Shown: positions 29,688 to 37,789 of the stretch, piece by piece
How positions within the stretch are numbered: the stretch's first letter is position 1
How the letters are laid out: each line of letters begins with the position of its first letter
DNA from: Rhodospirillales bacterium
GTDB lineage: Bacteria; Pseudomonadota; Alphaproteobacteria; Rhodospirillales; JAPHRK01
Direction of reading: 5' to 3'
NCBI GenBank assembly: GCA_026196105.1
Contig: JAPHRK010000002.1
Span: forward strand, 140,566 to 204,565
DNA length: 64,000 bases
Program-made: the position numbers and the translations under genes
Notes under the pieces: generated by a model
What the model saw: the letters and a program-made list of their open reading frames with translations, nothing else
The model's database searches: none
What the model was told of the DNA's origin: nothing

Positions 29688-30098
29688 ATGACCAAGTTGG
29701 GGATACCTGTATTCTTTTCAGTCTTTACTCTGCTTCTTCTCCTGCCTTTAAGGACGGGAGCAGCAGAACTTCTTATGTTTGATTCACCCTCATGTGAATG
29801 GTGCGAAGTTTGGGAGGAAGAAGTCGGGGTTATTTATGAAAAAACTGATGAAGGAAAGCTTTTACCGTTAAGTCGGTACAGCATTCATGATGAACTCCCA
29901 AAAAACCTTAACTACCTAACAGGGCTGCGTTACACCCCCACTTTTATCCTTATATCCAACAATGAAGAAATTGGACGCATAAACGGTTATCCAGGGGAAG
30001 ACCACTTCTGGTTTTTACTAAACAAACTGATTGGCAAGTTAGATAAAAAAATCTCCGCTTGTCCCTCACCTAATTTAGAGGAGAACGTAAAATGTTGA
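29688..30098 (+). CDS. Periplasmic thioredoxin-fold protein, SoxS-like
   Basis: 136 aa. Signal peptide, CEWC redox motif, ...TPTFILISNNEEIGRINGYPGEDHFW..., as I recall for SoxS-type proteins. Confidence 0.55.
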   Translation: MTKLGIPVFFSVFTLLLLLPLRTGAAELLMFDSPSCEWCEVWEEEVGVIYEKTDEGKLLPLSRYSIHDELPKNLNYLTGLRYTPTFILISNNEEIGRINGYPGEDHFWFLLNKLIGKLDKKISACPSPNLEENVKC

Positions 30099-30592
30099 GA
30101 TCAGGCTTAATTTCAATTTTCATCGCTATGATGGCTTTGGTACATTCCCCCGCAAAGGCTGACGAAGCCTTAGTTAACTTTAAAATGCTCAACCTGGAAA
30201 CCGCCCTTGAGCTTGCTCAGGCAACGCTTAAATCTTGCCAAGATGATAGCTTTCAAGTCGCAGTTTCTGTCGTAGATCGTTTCGGAAATCTACAAGTCAC
30301 CTTGCGTGACCGTTTTGCAGGCCCTCACACGACTGAGACCGCCCGCCGCAAAGCTTGGACTGCCGTTAGCTTCCGTACGGATACAGTTGCCCTCAGTGAC
30401 CTCACACAAGTTGGAAAACCTCAATCAGGAGTCCGCTTTATCCCAGGCGCATTAATGGCTGGTGGTGGCGTTCCTGTTGAAGCTGCAGGCTCAATTGTTG
30501 CTGGCGTTGGTGTTTCTGGGGCTCCTGGTGGCGAACTTGACGACAAATGCGCCAGAGATGGCATTGAAGCTATTGCTGACAAACTCTTTTAG
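30092..30592 (+). CDS. GlcG/HbpS-like (DUF336) protein with signal peptide
   Basis: 166 aa. ...AVSVVDRFGN...TAVSFRT...GGVPV...AGVGVSGAPGGELDDKCA... is typical of GlcG. 7-nt overlap with the upstream gene suggests translational coupling. Confidence 0.7.
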   Translation: MLRSGLISIFIAMMALVHSPAKADEALVNFKMLNLETALELAQATLKSCQDDSFQVAVSVVDRFGNLQVTLRDRFAGPHTTETARRKAWTAVSFRTDTVALSDLTQVGKPQSGVRFIPGALMAGGGVPVEAAGSIVAGVGVSGAPGGELDDKCARDGIEAIADKLF

Positions 30593-30603
30593 GTTATAGC
30601 ACA

Positions 30604-31230
30604 TTACCAATCAGGTAAGGACTTCCCTTCGGCTTTAAGCGTAGCAACTTTATTCTTGAGGAAACTGCGGAAGTCCCCCTGTTTATGTCCATTCGCTCGG
30701 ACGTATTCAAACATCGTGAGGAAATGAAACGGGCGGAAGTAACCCGGCATCCGGTCTGATTCGGCAGCTTTACCTGTTTTACCCTTAAGTTCCTCTACAG
30801 TTTCAGGGTAGAACTGCACAGTTGGCGTAAAGCGTATTTTATTACGTTTGGCGAGCTGTTTTTCAGTAATGGTCGAACCATCAAAATCAACGACCTCCCT
30901 CGCCCCCCAAATATTTAACTGAACAATCTCAAAGTTAGCTTCAACAAAATCCCGAATTTCTGGAATAGTAAAATTCACCAAATGGGTTTCACGGCAATAG
31001 GGACAGCCATCTTGATCCCACATAATTGCAAATCGTTTCCTTTTGCTGCGGGCCTCTTCGATGTCATCGGCTAATTCAAGGAAACTATCTAAAAACCAAG
31101 ATTGGGTATAATGACCATCTTCACGAAGAACAGGTTGATACTGCTTCGTTGCTGCCAAACTTGATGGAGCCAAAGCTGCCACCCCTAGTCCGCCGAGTAC
31201 GACCCGATTAAAATCACGCCTTGAGATCAT
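30604..31230 (-). CDS. soxW: Periplasmic thioredoxin SoxW-like (Tat signal)
   Basis: 208 aa. Twin-arginine leader MISRRDFNRVVLGGLGVAALA, redox motif GCPYC. Adjacent to the sox genes. Confidence 0.65.
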   Translation of the reverse strand: MISRRDFNRVVLGGLGVAALAPSSLAATKQYQPVLREDGHYTQSWFLDSFLELADDIEEARSKRKRFAIMWDQDGCPYCRETHLVNFTIPEIRDFVEANFEIVQLNIWGAREVVDFDGSTITEKQLAKRNKIRFTPTVQFYPETVEELKGKTGKAAESDRMPGYFRPFHFLTMFEYVRANGHKQGDFRSFLKNKVATLKAEGKSLPDW

Positions 31231-31298
31231 TTTAATAGCCCCTTTGACAATAGATACTGCTCAACCTAACATATTCGAAAAGTCGCAACTATCAAATA

Positions 31299-32045
31299 AT
31301 GAGCTTTAGAAAGGTGGGACAAGTGAAAAAAATACTATGGGTTTTTCTGGGTTTTTCTCTGTTATTAAGCACTAATCTCCGAGCAGCTGAAGTTCATGAC
31401 TTTCATAGATCTTTGGCTGATGCCTACACACATTACCGTGCAGCAACTTTTTATCTAAGAACGGGAAACCCTGCCGTCGCCTCCTTTGAACTCATGGATT
31501 TGCAAACTAAATGGCAAGCCCTGAACAAGCGTTTCAAACAAAACCCACCCGCTATATACTCTCGAGACGGAACTTGGGGGCCTTCTATGCAAGAGATTGA
31601 ACTGCGCATTGATCAGGGGGTTAAGGCTACTGAAAATGGTGACCTGGAAGCTGCTAAAAAGAAATTAGTCCCAATCCGTCAATTACTCAGTGACTTACGA
31701 CGTCGAAATAACGTGTCGACTTTTTCTGATATTGTTGACAAAGCAAATCATTCCTTCGACTCACTTTTTTACTATCGCCACAACGAGCCAGATTTAAATA
31801 AACCAGAGCAGGTTGAAGATGTTCAGCGTCGCCTTTCTTTAGCTGCCTATTGGTATCAACAATGCCTTGAACTAGCGCCAAAGAAAGCTAAAAACGACCT
31901 GCTTTTTGATCGTCTCATATCCACTAGTCTTGAATCATATTCCAAGGCTTGGGTTGCTTTACGTGAAAAAGACACCCGCCGTTTCATAAACATCCTGAGA
32001 GAAATAAGTGCCTCAAACAGGATGCTTTATCTGAAGTTTGGTTAA
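31299..32045 (+). CDS. Secreted hypothetical protein inside the sox locus
   Basis: 248 aa. A likely GTG start at 31323 (AAGGTGGG upstream) gives the signal peptide KKILWVFLGFSLLLSTNLRA/AE. Helical, with no motif recognised. Confidence 0.6.
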   Translation: MSFRKVGQVKKILWVFLGFSLLLSTNLRAAEVHDFHRSLADAYTHYRAATFYLRTGNPAVASFELMDLQTKWQALNKRFKQNPPAIYSRDGTWGPSMQEIELRIDQGVKATENGDLEAAKKKLVPIRQLLSDLRRRNNVSTFSDIVDKANHSFDSLFYYRHNEPDLNKPEQVEDVQRRLSLAAYWYQQCLELAPKKAKNDLLFDRLISTSLESYSKAWVALREKDTRRFINILREISASNRMLYLKFG

Positions 32046-32785
32046 CCAATTTTTCCAAGGGCAGGAACGGCTTCAAGAAGCCAGTATGCCAATTCTGAGA
32101 AAGTTCCTGTCAAGAAAAGCAATCCAGTACCAACTAACAAGCCACCAATAACCCGTTCGACAGTCATCATGTGTTGTTTAAAGCGTGTCATGAAGGCCAT
32201 GAAAGGTTTCATTGCTAAGGCTGCCACAAAAAACGGTATGCCGAGCCCTAAGGAATAAACAGCCAAAAGGCTTGATCCGTAAGTAACAGAGCTTTCACTC
32301 CCCGCCACCATTAAAATAGCTGCCAGGACAGGACCAACGCAAGGTGTCCAGCCAAAAGCGAAGGCTAAGCCGATAATATAAGCACCGATCAGGCTTGCTG
32401 GTTTGGTCTCTGCTTGAAAGCGAGCTTCGCGGTAAAAGATACCAATTTTGAAGACGCCCATAAAGTGCAACCCGAGAATGATAATCACTACCCCGGCAGC
32501 TTTGGCCAGCACATCCATATACTCACTAACAAGCTCTCCAATTGCAGAAGCTGTGGCACCAAAGGCGACAAAAACAGTGGTGAAGCCTAATACAAATAGC
32601 ACAGCTGAGAGCAAAACCCGCCGCATCATCTTACGGTCAAGCTCCTCTTCTCCTGCAAGTTGACCAAAGGAGACACCACCAAGGTAACATAGGTAAGGAG
32701 GGACTAAAGGAAGGACGCAAGGAGAGAGGAAGCTTAAAATTCCAGCTCCAAAAGCACCCGCATAGGAAACATCAAAACCATCCAT
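32042..32785 (-). CDS. soxV: CcdA/DsbD-core thiol-disulfide transporter, SoxV-like
   Basis: 247 aa, polytopic. Conserved Cys in ...LSPCVLPLVP... and ...GWTPCVGPVL... Starts 3 nt after the soxB stop. Confidence 0.8.
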   Translation of the reverse strand: MDGFDVSYAGAFGAGILSFLSPCVLPLVPPYLCYLGGVSFGQLAGEEELDRKMMRRVLLSAVLFVLGFTTVFVAFGATASAIGELVSEYMDVLAKAAGVVIIILGLHFMGVFKIGIFYREARFQAETKPASLIGAYIIGLAFAFGWTPCVGPVLAAILMVAGSESSVTYGSSLLAVYSLGLGIPFFVAALAMKPFMAFMTRFKQHMMTVERVIGGLLVGTGLLFLTGTFSELAYWLLEAVPALGKIG

Positions 32786-32788
32786 TGA

Positions 32789-34477
32789 TTATAGCCCCGA
32801 TATTTTAATGCTGTCATTGGGAGGGATAGAGATCACTTTCTTCTTTTTGATGTAATCAGTCACCACATCATAAACAGGAGGTCCTTCTGTCCCTTCGTTC
32901 ACAGAAGCCCAACCGGAAACCACGTACTCTTTGTTGGCATCAATGGGTTTACCGTTTTTCAAGTGGGTCATATTACTGATACGTGAGCCAATCGGTTTGT
33001 TGACGTCAATATGGTATCCCATACCACCAACACGAACCATATCTCCGCCTTGTTGATAATAAGGATCAGGGTTAAACAAGTTATCAGCTACATCTTCCAA
33101 AATGTCCTTAAGCAATTGCCCTGTCATCTTTGAACGATATGCATTGGGATAAGTAATTGCTGTTTGATTAAACACTTGTTCAACAGTGATATTTTCACCC
33201 GGCGGTAGGCTTGAGCCCCACCTGAACCCTGGCGACAGGGCTATCTCGGCATCTCGCTCTTCTAAAAGCGCCTGACAGATAAGATCATCAAAAGTGCCAT
33301 TAAAATTACCCCGGCGATAAAGAAGACTTTCGGTTTTACCGAGAACTGTACCGAGCTTCGCTTCATGTGGATCACGGATTTTCTTGATGACTGCTGCCAT
33401 TTCAGGGTCAGGTGTAATTACATCTGAGAAAACAGGTATAAGCTTGAACTTGAAATCCTTAACCTTGCCACCCTGAACATCTAAATCAAGGCGCGCTAAG
33501 AATTTACCGTGTGAACCAGAGGCAACAAGGAGAGTATTCCCCACTTTAACCACTTCCGGTAAAGCGTCATGTGTATGCCCCGTGAGAATGACATCAATGT
33601 CACTGACTCTTGAGGCAAGCTTCCGGTCAACATCAAAACCATCATGGCTCAACATAACAATAAGTTCTGCACCACCCGCTTTGGCATCATCTACACGTTG
33701 CTGAACCAATTTTTCCCGCACACCGAAGGACCAGGTCGGAATTTTGTAACGTGGGTTCGCTACAGGTGTATAAGGGAAAGCTTGACCGATAACGGCTACT
33801 TTAACACCACCTCGCTCAAAGAATTTAGTCGATTCAAAAACTTCTTCTTCCCATTCCGTATCTTGGACATTGCCTGCCAGGAAGGGGAAATTCAGCTTCT
33901 CAATCAGTTCTTTCACACGGTCCGCACCATAAGTGAATTCCCAGTGAGCTGACATGGCATCAACCCCGAGGGCATTCATAGCATCGACCATATCTTCACC
34001 GGAGGATTTCAAGGAGGTATATGACCCCTGCCAGGTATCACCCCCATCGAGAAGAAGTGTATTATTAGGACGTTCTGCTCTGATGGCTTTAATCAAAGTT
34101 GCCATACGGTCCATGCCACCAACCCGTCCATAAGTCTGCGAAAGGGCAGAAAAATCTTCACTACTTAATGCATAGGCTTCTGGCGAAGAGGCTTTCAGAC
34201 CATAAGCGGTAAGGAAATCTTTTCCGGTTAGATGTGGTGGAAGGCCTTTGACGTCCCCGACTCCAACATTAACGGAGGGTTCTCTAAAATATAAAGGGAC
34301 GAGTTGGGCATGACAGTCGGTGAAATTGAGAAGCGTCACTTGACCAACAGAATCAAAACTCAAAAGATCGTCTTGCGTAATTGTTTGGCGTGCCGCGGCC
34401 CGAGAGAGCATTCCTGGGGCACCAGATATGACAGCGGTTGCTGCCGCCACTTGCAAAAACTGACGTCTATCCAACAT
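32789..34477 (-). CDS. soxB: Thiosulfohydrolase SoxB
   Basis: 562 aa. Tat leader MLDRRQFLQVAAA, 5'-nucleotidase/metallophosphoesterase fold (NFTDCHAQL, DGGDTWQGS, GHTHD). In sox context. Confidence 0.95.
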   Translation of the reverse strand: MLDRRQFLQVAAATAVISGAPGMLSRAAARQTITQDDLLSFDSVGQVTLLNFTDCHAQLVPLYFREPSVNVGVGDVKGLPPHLTGKDFLTAYGLKASSPEAYALSSEDFSALSQTYGRVGGMDRMATLIKAIRAERPNNTLLLDGGDTWQGSYTSLKSSGEDMVDAMNALGVDAMSAHWEFTYGADRVKELIEKLNFPFLAGNVQDTEWEEEVFESTKFFERGGVKVAVIGQAFPYTPVANPRYKIPTWSFGVREKLVQQRVDDAKAGGAELIVMLSHDGFDVDRKLASRVSDIDVILTGHTHDALPEVVKVGNTLLVASGSHGKFLARLDLDVQGGKVKDFKFKLIPVFSDVITPDPEMAAVIKKIRDPHEAKLGTVLGKTESLLYRRGNFNGTFDDLICQALLEERDAEIALSPGFRWGSSLPPGENITVEQVFNQTAITYPNAYRSKMTGQLLKDILEDVADNLFNPDPYYQQGGDMVRVGGMGYHIDVNKPIGSRISNMTHLKNGKPIDANKEYVVSGWASVNEGTEGPPVYDVVTDYIKKKKVISIPPNDSIKISGL

Positions 34478-34513
34478 CCTCGACCCTCTTCAACTTAGAT
34501 TCTTGATAAAAGA

Positions 34514-34543
34514 GAGGGGCAGTAGCAACAAACTACGCCCCTC
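34514..34543 (-). terminator. GC-rich stem-loop plus U-tract between soxA and soxB (attenuator/terminator-like)
   Basis: The minus-strand RNA reads GAGGGGCGTAG-TTTGTTG-CTACTGCCCCTC followed by TCTTTTAT. 11-bp stem with a 1-nt bulge. Confidence 0.5.
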
Positions 34544-34561
34544 ATCTTCATCATTTTGTGT

Positions 34562-35362
34562 TTAGTTACGCACTGATGGCGTTTCAACGGGAAGACCTTG
34601 CCCACGTGAATTTAGGTATAGTTCCAAATTTACGTATTCAGGAGCCCCATAAGCAAATGGCTGAGCCCGGATATTCTTATTGCAACCCCGGAAACGACGG
34701 TGCAATGAGCCGATCTTTTGCCATTTAAGACGATAAGTCGGGAAGCCGTTACTTTGCCCTTGGCTCAGCAAATTAGCCCGCGCATATTTGCCAGGGTTAT
34801 CTTCATGGCAATGCTTACAAGCCATGTCGAGTTGACCACGTCGTTCATAGTAGAAGGCTTTACCTTTTTCATAATAAGGCGTTACTGGGCCATCAATTTT
34901 GACATTCACGGGCATGCCACGGGATTGTAGTTTGACAAAAGCTGTCATACCAAGAAGTTCAGCAGATTCCCATTTCCACGCCTTAGCTTTCATTTGAGAT
35001 GTCCGGCAGAAATTAATCTGCTGCTCAACGTTGACCATTGCAGCTTTATTTTTGTTCAGCACAGGATAACGGGTTGCTACACCTTTCATAGAATCAGAAG
35101 CCGCATTATGACAAGATTCACAAGATTTCCCCGCTTCCCCTTCCACTGAAGACCAATTACCTTCAGCTTGATCCACCCAGATTTGCGCTGGATTTTCAAA
35201 GTCATCATCTTGAATAGCACGTGTTTCTTTAGTGGCATATGTATAGCCACTAAGCTTATCCCCTACTTTATAGGCTCCCCAATCTTTGTCCTCTGCTTGA
35301 GAGGCTGTGGAACCTAGGGCCATACCACCTATCAAAAGAGAAGCAATGTATAATTTACGCAT
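34562..35362 (-). CDS. soxA: Diheme cytochrome c SoxA
   Basis: Two CxxCH motifs (CESCH, CKHCH) and the ...RFRGCN... Cys ligand region. Signal peptide. I prefer the ATG at 35362 (AAGGGG 6 nt upstream) over 35368. Confidence 0.9.
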   Translation of the reverse strand: MRKLYIASLLIGGMALGSTASQAEDKDWGAYKVGDKLSGYTYATKETRAIQDDDFENPAQIWVDQAEGNWSSVEGEAGKSCESCHNAASDSMKGVATRYPVLNKNKAAMVNVEQQINFCRTSQMKAKAWKWESAELLGMTAFVKLQSRGMPVNVKIDGPVTPYYEKGKAFYYERRGQLDMACKHCHEDNPGKYARANLLSQGQSNGFPTYRLKWQKIGSLHRRFRGCNKNIRAQPFAYGAPEYVNLELYLNSRGQGLPVETPSVRN

Positions 35363-35375
35363 AGTCATCCCCTTA

Positions 35376-35705
35376 TCAGGTTACAGCAATTTTCGCGGAT
35401 TTCTTGTACTCTTTGCCAGAATCATCTTTCCACATGAAATCCAAAGTTCCGCTGTCAACAGCACGAACATGGAAGGCCATGTAAGGGTTCGCTGATACAG
35501 CTGGATGCCAATCAGAGGCAAAGACTTCCTTGCCATTATAATTACAGGCAAAGCTGTTAATGATCATGCGAGGAATGTTCTCGCCTGTCTTTTTGTTTTT
35601 CCGACGACCTGATTCCATTTTGTGCGAAATCAAGGTTTTCACTTGAAAAACTTCACCTTTTTTAACGGATTTAGGTGATTTTACCCGTGCTTTAACTTTA
35701 GCCAT
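35376..35705 (-). CDS. soxZ: Sulfur compound chelating protein SoxZ
   Basis: 109 aa. The MAKVKARVKSPKSVKKGEVFQVKTLISHKMESG... N-terminus is typical of SoxZ. GAGGGAG upstream. Confidence 0.9.
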   Translation of the reverse strand: MAKVKARVKSPKSVKKGEVFQVKTLISHKMESGRRKNKKTGENIPRMIINSFACNYNGKEVFASDWHPAVSANPYMAFHVRAVDSGTLDFMWKDDSGKEYKKSAKIAVT

Positions 35706-35731
35706 TATTTTGCTCCCTCGTCCAAATCAAA

Positions 35732-35811
35732 CTGCATTAAAATGCAGATAATTTGAATGCGTTTAAAAGATAGTGCAACTTATCTACGTTTAATTAAACG
35801 TGAGTTGCACT
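35732..35811 (-). terminator. Two terminator-like hairpins in the 104-nt soxY-soxZ spacer
   Basis: Outer arms AGTGCAACT (35772-35780) and AGTTGCACT (35803-35811) enclose the perfect 16-nt palindrome ACGTTTAATTAAACGT (35786-35801). A second hairpin is CTGCAT-TAAA-ATGCAG (35732-35747). In mRNA sense each is followed by a U-rich run. Confidence 0.45.
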
Positions 35812-36289
35812 AGCCGCCACAGCCGCCAATTGTTACCTTAACTTCGGTTTTCGCCATGAAAACAGATCCATCACCCATTTCGGCAACAGCAATCACATTT
35901 TGTGTTTTGGCAAGGCGCATACGGGTTGCGGCCTTGGCTTTCCCTGATGCTGGTGAAAATTTGAATACTGCCACTTCTGGAAGTGGGTTGCCATCAGCTA
36001 AGATATGAATTGTCTTAACGTAATCAGCATCTGTCATAGGACTATCAACGTCCACACCGACGGGAACCGTGTTGCCATTTTCTGCGATTTGCGGCAATTC
36101 TAGAGTAACTTTACCCATAGTTGGTGTTTTACCACCCGTAATCTTCTTAATAGATTCAGCTGCCAACTTTGCATCAGCCATTGCCAGACCTGGCAATAAA
36201 CTCGTAGCAAGAGCTGTACAAGCGCCGGCGCCTGCGAACTTTAGGATGTCGCGGCGGCTAACTGACGACATTTCTATTCGTTGTACCAT
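35810..36289 (-). CDS. soxY: Sulfur carrier protein SoxY
   Basis: Tat leader SRRDILKFAGAGA and the diagnostic C-terminus ...VTIGGCGG. GAGGAG lies 6 nt upstream. Confidence 0.95.
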   Translation of the reverse strand: MVQRIEMSSVSRRDILKFAGAGACTALATSLLPGLAMADAKLAAESIKKITGGKTPTMGKVTLELPQIAENGNTVPVGVDVDSPMTDADYVKTIHILADGNPLPEVAVFKFSPASGKAKAATRMRLAKTQNVIAVAEMGDGSVFMAKTEVKVTIGGCGG

Positions 36290-36361
36290 TGATGTCTCCT
36301 CAACGATTTTTACTTGAGTGTTTCTATTAGGGAGGTGTAACTCAGCATCCCTGTTTAAATT

Positions 36362-36826
36362 TTATTTGAGCGTCATAAGGTAGGCGACAATATCTTCCAC
36401 ATCCTGAGCAGAAAGGATTGTTTTGCCTTTAAACTTCTTCATAACGCGGTTTAACCCGTCAGTTTTATAAAAAGCTGGCATGATCGTATCTTCATTGACC
36501 ACTTTTGAGTTGACGAGACGAAGCCTAATCTCACCCTCAGAATAACGATCAGCAACACCTTTTAAATCTGGTCCCACATCCCCATGAAAGGATTGCTCAG
36601 GGATCGGTAAGGTGTGACAGGCAAGACAATTGCCTTTTTTACGATGTATCGCAGCTTCCCTGCCTTTTTTGGCATCACCAGGTTTCCCCGTAAGTGATTT
36701 AGGAATACTGTTTCCGTCTTTAATCTCGTATTTGACGAGTTTAGCGGGTTCCGCTGCTATGGTAGCAGCACTTAATGCAACTGAAAAAGTTGCACCTACA
36801 GCCAATACGGCTAAGGCTCTAAGCAT
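36362..36826 (-). CDS. soxX: Monoheme cytochrome c SoxX
   Basis: Single CLACH heme motif and a signal peptide. I prefer the ATG at 36826 (GGAGGG 10 nt upstream) over the track start 36898. Confidence 0.85.
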   Translation of the reverse strand: MLRALAVLAVGATFSVALSAATIAAEPAKLVKYEIKDGNSIPKSLTGKPGDAKKGREAAIHRKKGNCLACHTLPIPEQSFHGDVGPDLKGVADRYSEGEIRLRLVNSKVVNEDTIMPAFYKTDGLNRVMKKFKGKTILSAQDVEDIVAYLMTLK

Positions 36827-37034
36827 CAAAGCTAGTCCCTCCATTTTTCTGACATTCTGTAATTTTTCTGTAATTTTAATAACCGATTGATTTTTCAATC
36901 TTTTTATTGATACAGAGTTAATGCCAGGGTGAAAACTTCCCTATCCACAAAAAATCATATTCGTATTTTGTAAAATATCAAGCTAAATTAGAATTATACT
37001 ATTATATTTGACAACACATTGGAGTGATTAAATC

Positions 37035-37652
37035 ATGAAAAACACGATAGTAACGTTTTTCGCCTCTGTAATTGTTTTTTTTGCAGTCGGAACTGCTAAT
37101 GCGGCAGAAAAATTACTTCCTGAAGCACAGGTAAATGATGACGGGCTTTACACTCAACCCTGGTTCATGGAATCTTTCCTGGACTTAAAAGAAGATGTTG
37201 CTGAATCGGCCGCTGCAGGAAAGCATCTTGCCATTTTATGGGAGCAAAGAGGTTGCCCTTATTGTCGTGAAACCCATATGGTTAACTTAAGAAACCCAGA
37301 GATTGTCGCCTATATCAAAAAGAATTTTAACGTCATTCAAATGAACCTGTGGGGCGACAAAGAAGTGACGGACTTTGATGGTACGGTGACAACCGAGAAA
37401 AAATTTGCTCGCAAAAACGGTATCCAGTTCACCCCTACCATTCAATTTTTCCCCATGGAACTTAAAGAAGGGGAAAAGAAGCAGCAAGTTTGGCGTCTAC
37501 TAGGATACTGGAAACCTTTCCATTTCCTCAATTCCTTTGTTTATGTCAAAGACGGTGACTACCAAAAGGAACCAAATTTCCAACGCTGGCTTCAGGCTCG
37601 AGCAGAAAAACTTCGCGAAGAAGGTAAAGAAATTAATATGTGGGACAATTAA
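37035..37652 (+). CDS. Periplasmic thioredoxin, second SoxW-like paralogue (Sec signal)
   Basis: 205 aa. Collinear with 30604-31230 (…YTQPWFMESFLDL…GCPYCRETHMVNL…FTPTIQFFP…). The leader MKNTIVTFFASVIVFFAVGTANA lacks a twin-arginine. Divergent from soxX. Confidence 0.65.
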   Translation: MKNTIVTFFASVIVFFAVGTANAAEKLLPEAQVNDDGLYTQPWFMESFLDLKEDVAESAAAGKHLAILWEQRGCPYCRETHMVNLRNPEIVAYIKKNFNVIQMNLWGDKEVTDFDGTVTTEKKFARKNGIQFTPTIQFFPMELKEGEKKQQVWRLLGYWKPFHFLNSFVYVKDGDYQKEPNFQRWLQARAEKLREEGKEINMWDN

Positions 37653-37677
37653 GAAAGAGATTTCCTCCTTAATTTTT

Positions 37678-37766
37678 CACGTCATTCCCGCGAAAGCGGG
37701 AATCCAGGGGCTAAAATTTCGAAATTTATCGCTAGCCCTGGATGCCCGACCAAGCCGGGCATGACG
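37678..37766. repeat. ~89-bp nested-palindrome REP/MITE-like element
   Basis: Outer arms CGTCAT/ATGACG (37680-85, 37761-66). Middle arms TCCAGGGGCTA/TAGCCCTGGA. Hairpins TCCCGC-GAAA-GCGGGA and TGCCCG-ACCAAGC-CGGGCA. Central perfect palindrome AAATTTCGAAATTT (37714-37727). Confidence 0.6.
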
Positions 37767-37789
37767 TAATTCTTTGTGAGTTTTGAATG

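Noticed and set aside
32041-32046. Convergent genes (the 248-aa protein gene and soxV) share overlapping stop codons within GTTAAC
   Set aside because: Real, but a trivial consequence of compact packing. It is mentioned under the 31299-32045 finding rather than as a signal of its own.
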